Below are positions 58,570-64,000 of a stretch of DNA of 64,000 bases, piece after piece (the first letter of the stretch is position 1; each line of letters begins with the position of its first letter). The notes below the pieces were generated by a model. That model saw nothing but the letters and a program-made list of their open reading frames with translations. It was not told where the DNA came from and searched no databases. The stretch lies in NCBI RefSeq assembly GCF_009914755.1, contig NC_060927.1; one strand, written 5' to 3'. The translations under genes and the position numbers were made by a program. Source of the DNA: the human T2T-CHM13v2.0 reference genome, Homo sapiens.

Positions 58570-58781
58570 AATATTGACTGACCTATTAACCATCAGTTCG
58601 AGTATAAAAATATATGAAATAAACCCAAGCAGAAAATAGAGTCTCTTCAAATGCAAATTACCTACAATTACAAAGAATATTGACTGACCTGTTAGCCAAT
58701 AGTCCAAATATTTAAAAATTGAAATAAACGTATGTATAAAATATGAAGTCTCTTTAAGTTCAATTATCTATCGTTATAAAG
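58570..58781. repeat. Diverged tandem duplication, 2 x 106 bp
   Basis: Both copies start AATATTGACTGACCT, share TGAAATAAAC and AGTCTCTT, and end TTA(C/T)AAAG. Confidence 0.9.
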
Positions 58782-61700
58782 AATAAATCAAACAGTTTAG
58801 AATGAACACAAATACAAAAAGGGAAATTTTTCCTGCAATTCAAACATTGATAAATTTCAAGATCATGATATTTCAAATAAAGACAGGCTACATTTGGGAT
58901 TTTTCTACTTTATTCATCAGAGAGACCTGCAAACTGCCCATGACAAACATCCACTGCATATCCATTTCCATCTTGCAATTTAGACCAAGTCTTTGTAGAA
59001 AATGAAAGCAACATAAAATATTCAGAGAATATCCATATCCCTTTAGGCTCAGGATGAGTTGAGCATCTCTGAAAATATTATGCAAATACAAGAATGTTTT
59101 CCATTCAGCTGGGGCTTTCAACACCTGGAGATCTTGGAGAAAGTTAATGGATGAATAGTTGAATCAGATTTATTTTCACTATGTGCCAAGTGAGGGTATA
59201 ATTTTACCAAAGACATTTTCTCCTGTCCCTCCCCATTGGCTGCTCAGCTGTTCCATTTTATTATAAAATTATGCTACTAGGAATGTTTACATTATTATGG
59301 ACATTATATTAGACCTCCACTGAAGAGCACTTTGGGCTGACATACAGCTAATTCATTAACTTCAGTTGTCTCCACAATCAATTCTGGTCACTACAGCCCA
59401 ATCCATCACTTTATGAAATGTATTGATTGGTAAGATTAGGTAGATATCATTCATTTTTGTAAAAATAGGGGCAGCCACAGGCTCCCTATTGGTCTATGCA
59501 AACTATAAATATGACAATCTCCCCAGAGGAAGTGTTTTCTGGATTTATTTTACCAGACTGTCAGTGGGGCTCACTAAGCTATACAATAACCTCATTCTGC
59601 CAGCTAACCATGATCTTGCAGAGGATATTTAAATCTCTTTTAAAGGCAAATTAAAATGTTTCCCATCTTATTGCCTCTTCGGTGCAAGAAAATAAGTACC
59701 AGTGCTCTCTGCCACTAAGTGAGCCAGTGATTTGTTTTTCTTATATCCTTTATCAATGGGAGCAAGGGGAAGAAAATCACAACACTGAGTGTCCCAAATT
59801 TAGCAGTATACTCCATCTTCTGTGGTTGTTTACAGTGTACCCATGGTTGCAATACAGTTAGGAGGCCTGTAAGAACTAATTAGTAGATTTCTGAACTGGG
59901 GCATAACTGTACAAAATTAGATTCCCAAATATGAAGAATTGCAGATTGTTTTGTATTATGCCAGGAAGAACTGTTTTATGATAGTGGTGGCATATGCCTT
60001 TATTAGTCCCTTATGTAAAACTGTTCTTAAATCAGAATTAATATCAGTTCCCAAATTACCTCTATCAGGAGTATCTTTTTTTATGAGATCCATAAGTATA
60101 TCGCTTCACTGTGAGAAACTTCACCTGACTTCATTAGCATTTAACAGCTTTCCTTATCCACTTCCCTTATACAGTTAAAATACACTAATCTAATGCTCTT
60201 CTTAAAAGGCAAATAATAATCAAGTACTTTTCTCTGCCCTAAATAAAATTCCTTCTAGGGAGACAAATTTATTACAAATTACAATTACTTTATCATGTTG
60301 TTTTAGTTTTTTTTTAAAAAAATGACTTACCCTAAATTGCGTTTAGTAAAGACTACTTAATACAATTAATCATTTGTCGCCAAGAATTATTTACTTAAAA
60401 CTAAATTTGCTGAAAAGCATCACATCATTTTTTACTTGTGCCACAGAAGGTAATTGTGTAATTAGTAACTGGTTTACAGAGGCATGTTTTTCACAGAATG
60501 CTGATAACCCAAGTCTAAATTGCCCTTTCCATCCAGGATCCCAAGGCACTTTATAAATCATCGTATTTAAGTCGCTATTCACACCTGCTCACGCCTACAC
60601 GTAAACTGCAAATGGGGTATCTTTAAATAAGCCATTTAATACTAGGATAACTACTGCAAAGAATTCTCTACTGGAGTGAAATGCAGCAGCTTTAACAGAT
60701 GCTCAAGAACAATAGATACTAGTTGAGGTAAAGAAATAAAGAATGTCATTTCCAATTAAAACTACAGGAAAGATTTAGTAGAAAACAATGTAATTATTCA
60801 TTTGGACTTTGGCCAGGATACCACAGCTAATACTCTTTGCATTGGGGAAACTTTCTAAAGCTTTAAGAACTTATTAGAATTCCACATTAGAATTGCACTT
60901 TAATATCTCAGCTAAAGCAGAGTTTTCAGAGAATAAAAGATAAATAGAAATGGTCCTCATCACCACATCAATTCTAATTATGATGTAATCCATGTCTCAA
61001 TAAAAAAACACTCACATGCTTCCAGAGGTTAAAAATGGGAGGAATGAGAAAGACTAGACTATTAGTGGTGAATTAGAAGATGGAACAAGAAAAGGTGCCC
61101 AGAATTAATGGATTGACCCACAGGATGGAGGTTACAAGGAAATGGTCAAACTTGAATGAAACTAGCCAAATATCCTTTTGTTTTTGAGTCCTGCATTTCA
61201 TCCCTCATTTCGAGCATTATTGTAAAGATAGTTTGCTAACAATTTCACTACTAAAATAATAATGGCATACCTGAAAAGGACCTTAGGAATTACTCCTGGT
61301 TTACTGAAGAGGAAACTAAGGCTGAGAGAATGGAGGCAAGTGCCCAAGGTAACACAGTTGTAGATAATTTTATGTTGTACTCAGACATTGCTATTTGGAA
61401 AATTACAAGATATGACCAAGGTCCTTGCATACTTCAGATGATTCTAACCTTTGTCAAATGTCCACAATTGTTTAGCCCTGTGGAGGCACAAGCCAAGGAA
61501 ATTCATGTGCATGTGTTTATGTGGTTTAAGAATTGTTACCTTTCTGCCTTATTATTTGTAGAATCAAAAACCATTCTCATACCCTCAACTAGCAGATTGT
61601 GGGGAGAACATGAAAGTGCAAAGTGACATGGGGAATAAATTGGAGAGAAACATTCATAATAACTATGATTAGAAGAATTGAGCACAGTCTGTAGGAAAAT

Positions 61701-64000
61701 GCATGCCTGCCAAATCCAATTCCACTTTTACTTCCACCTCCCCTTCTACCTCCCTGACTATAACACCCAAGGTCCTTAAACACTGACTTGGAATTAAAAT
61801 GGATTGTTTGCAGCTGCTCACATGCAGGCTTATTCTGCAGGTCCCGCCTAGTGTTTACATCTGGCTTCCCTTCCCAGCCTCAGTTCTTGCCAGGGAAGGC
61901 CATTTGAGAAACAACAGGACTGCAAACTGAACAGAATGCATTTTATGAGTCAGCTTGATCCTTATCCATGGACTGAGAGTTCTTAGCGTTAAGCCATTAG
62001 CCCCATTGCCTGGTTTTAAAAGGAACTCACTATTTTTGCTTATCCCTGTGACAGTAGTAACTGCAGGATTCAGGCCTTTGTGCTTCTTTGATTTAGTTTC
62101 TGTCAAGTTCTCTTTTTTTTCTGTCCATCTTCTATAAACTCTGTGATGGTTGAGTAGAATTTTAGAGCTGAATATAGATAAAGTACTGTATTACATCTGA
62201 TTGTAGAAGCTACTAGTACTTTTCAAAATCCTGTTTTTAAGCACACGGGAATGCACTTGCATGTGGCCAAGTGTGGCCAATGAGAGAGTCAATGAGACTA
62301 GGTCGGAATATAGCAAGCACAAGGGCATTGAGGTGCCTCAGCAGAGGCTGACCTAAACCGGGAAAAAGTGCATGTCTAAATGTGAAGGAGGCTCCACTTC
62401 TCCTAAGAATAAGACCCCTATCAGCCTAACTGACACTTTGCTTAGTACAATTCTACCAGCAGGTGAGAGCATAGTTAATATATCTCTGGTTGAAAGTTAA
62501 AAATCACTTTGCCTCCAGCTGGACAAAAACAAGCATTAGTTAAATAAATTTTATGCCTAGTTTTACAGATGCTTACTGCAAAATGAGATGTGCACAAGAA
62601 TACTGACATTGTTACAAATACAGGGAGCATAATAAATGCTCTGCTTATAAAATTTCATTCTAGAATTGGCTCGACGCTTCCCTAAACTTGCTCCATTAAA
62701 CAGGAGAAAAATATGCCAAGGTTTTTTTTTTTTTTTCTAGTTCTAAATTGTGGAGCTAATAGCCACATATTTGCATACTAATAAAGTCCTTTTTATTTGA
62801 TAACTGTTACTGTGCTTATTCTTTCAAGAATGGCAATCAATCTCTTTTGGGATCAACTACAGTACTTGGTAGAGCTGGACAAACAGCAGTGTTTTGTTTC
62901 TCCCCTTCTGAGTTTGCAGGTCTTACTTGCCATTCATTCTTTCACTGAATGGGATTCTAATTTTAATGGCTTAATCAGGCTGTACTCTAACCTAATCATG
63001 TTGTTTCAGGGATTTACAGAATTTCCCAGCAAGATCTGAGCCCGTAGATGTAAGAAAATACATCGTGGATTCTCCAACATTAGGATTTTTGCGTTTTTCA
63101 AAGAGAGGCAATCACATTAAGGTAAAATCAGTGAAAAGTCCATCGCTTAATCTGTGAGTAATAACCAACATATGTTATAGGAAAGCACAGTACTAGGCAT
63201 GAAAGGGCATACCAAGAACCAAAAAACAAAATTCAGTGTCATCCTGCAGAAGTTGGGCTCCACCCACCTCTGTTTCCATGGTCTCTTGTGTGTGCTTCCT
63301 ACATAGGCATATCCCTGATCACACTGCACAGTCATTGTCTTTCTTTCCTCCTGGAATCATACTTCTTGATAAGACCTTGATCTCTTTCATCTCTGTATCT
63401 GTAGAATTTACATTGTGTTTGCCACATTGCCAGGTGGGGGTGGTGGGGAGGGGTATCCTAATTAAAGTGTATTGAGTGGATAGATGTGGGCGGAAGTTAA
63501 TAGCAATGATCTCAGGACTTCCTCTAACACCAGACATTCTGTGAAGGAAGAATTATGTATAATAATGAGGCTTCCTTTCTGAAGAGGATTGTGAGGAGAA
63601 TTCTCTGGTATAGGGGACATAGTGTAGAGAAAGTTCATTCAAAAGATTTACTAAGTTTAATCTATCCCCAGGCATGAGGCCAGGTGCAGGGAAATGTAGG
63701 GCTGTACAAGGTAGACTTAAATACTGCCCTTGGCATTTTACAGTCTAATAAAGAAGACAGACAATAATGGCCAAATCTGCCTCCACCAAGAAAACTCATA
63801 GGGTTACAGTAGTGGTGTGCTGGAATTTCCTCTTACCTGAAATAGCTCCTGGAAGCCATTGGTTATAAATATTCAGGTACTTTTCAGTATGGTTGTTAAA
63901 CTATTAGTTGCTTGAAATTGGCCATGGTGAGAGTGAAATAAGCAAACACTACAAATCTGGGACTTTTTTTTTTTTTTCTTTTTTGGAGGAGAGCCAGATT

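Noticed and set aside
63433-63453. G-rich tract as a canonical G-quadruplex
   Set aside because: Only three runs of at least 3 G; at most a weak two-tier structure.
63830-63860. Other minus-strand AG|GT overlaps (63838; also about 32807 and 61270) as recursive splice sites
   Set aside because: Polypyrimidine tracts are short or the donors are weak compared with the site at 47188.

Overview
Human non-coding genomic DNA: AT-rich, CpG-depleted, no CpG island. Species is inferred from a near-consensus AluYb8, a human-specific subfamily. I cannot name the locus. I found no cellular protein-coding exon, RNA gene or CRISPR array. The only real protein sequences in the ORF track are transposon relics: an L1 ORF2p C-terminal fragment and a Tigger HTH fragment. 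The window looks like a long intron or intergenic stretch. It holds seven Alus (J, S, Y, Yb8), a 5'-truncated L1PA4-like copy with an 18-bp TSD, older L1 pieces, MaLR/ERV1 LTRs (MLT1, THE1C, MER50), DNA-transposon relics (MADE1, MER5, MER82), many L2/MIR fragments and several microsatellites. The best non-repeat signals are: (1) a minus-strand recursive-splice-site motif (polyY-TAG|GTAAGT at 47189/47188) with a GC donor 60 nt downstream; (2) divergently oriented CTCF-like motifs with upstream modules at about 4.3 kb and 16.9 kb; (3) three POU octamers spaced exactly 11 bp apart, the first in a compressed Sox-Oct motif; (4) a perfect 70-bp palindrome. All are sequence-only hypotheses. I see no convincing evidence of a wholly new biological system. 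Repeat subfamily calls come from remembered consensus sequences, and boundaries of old repeats are approximate.
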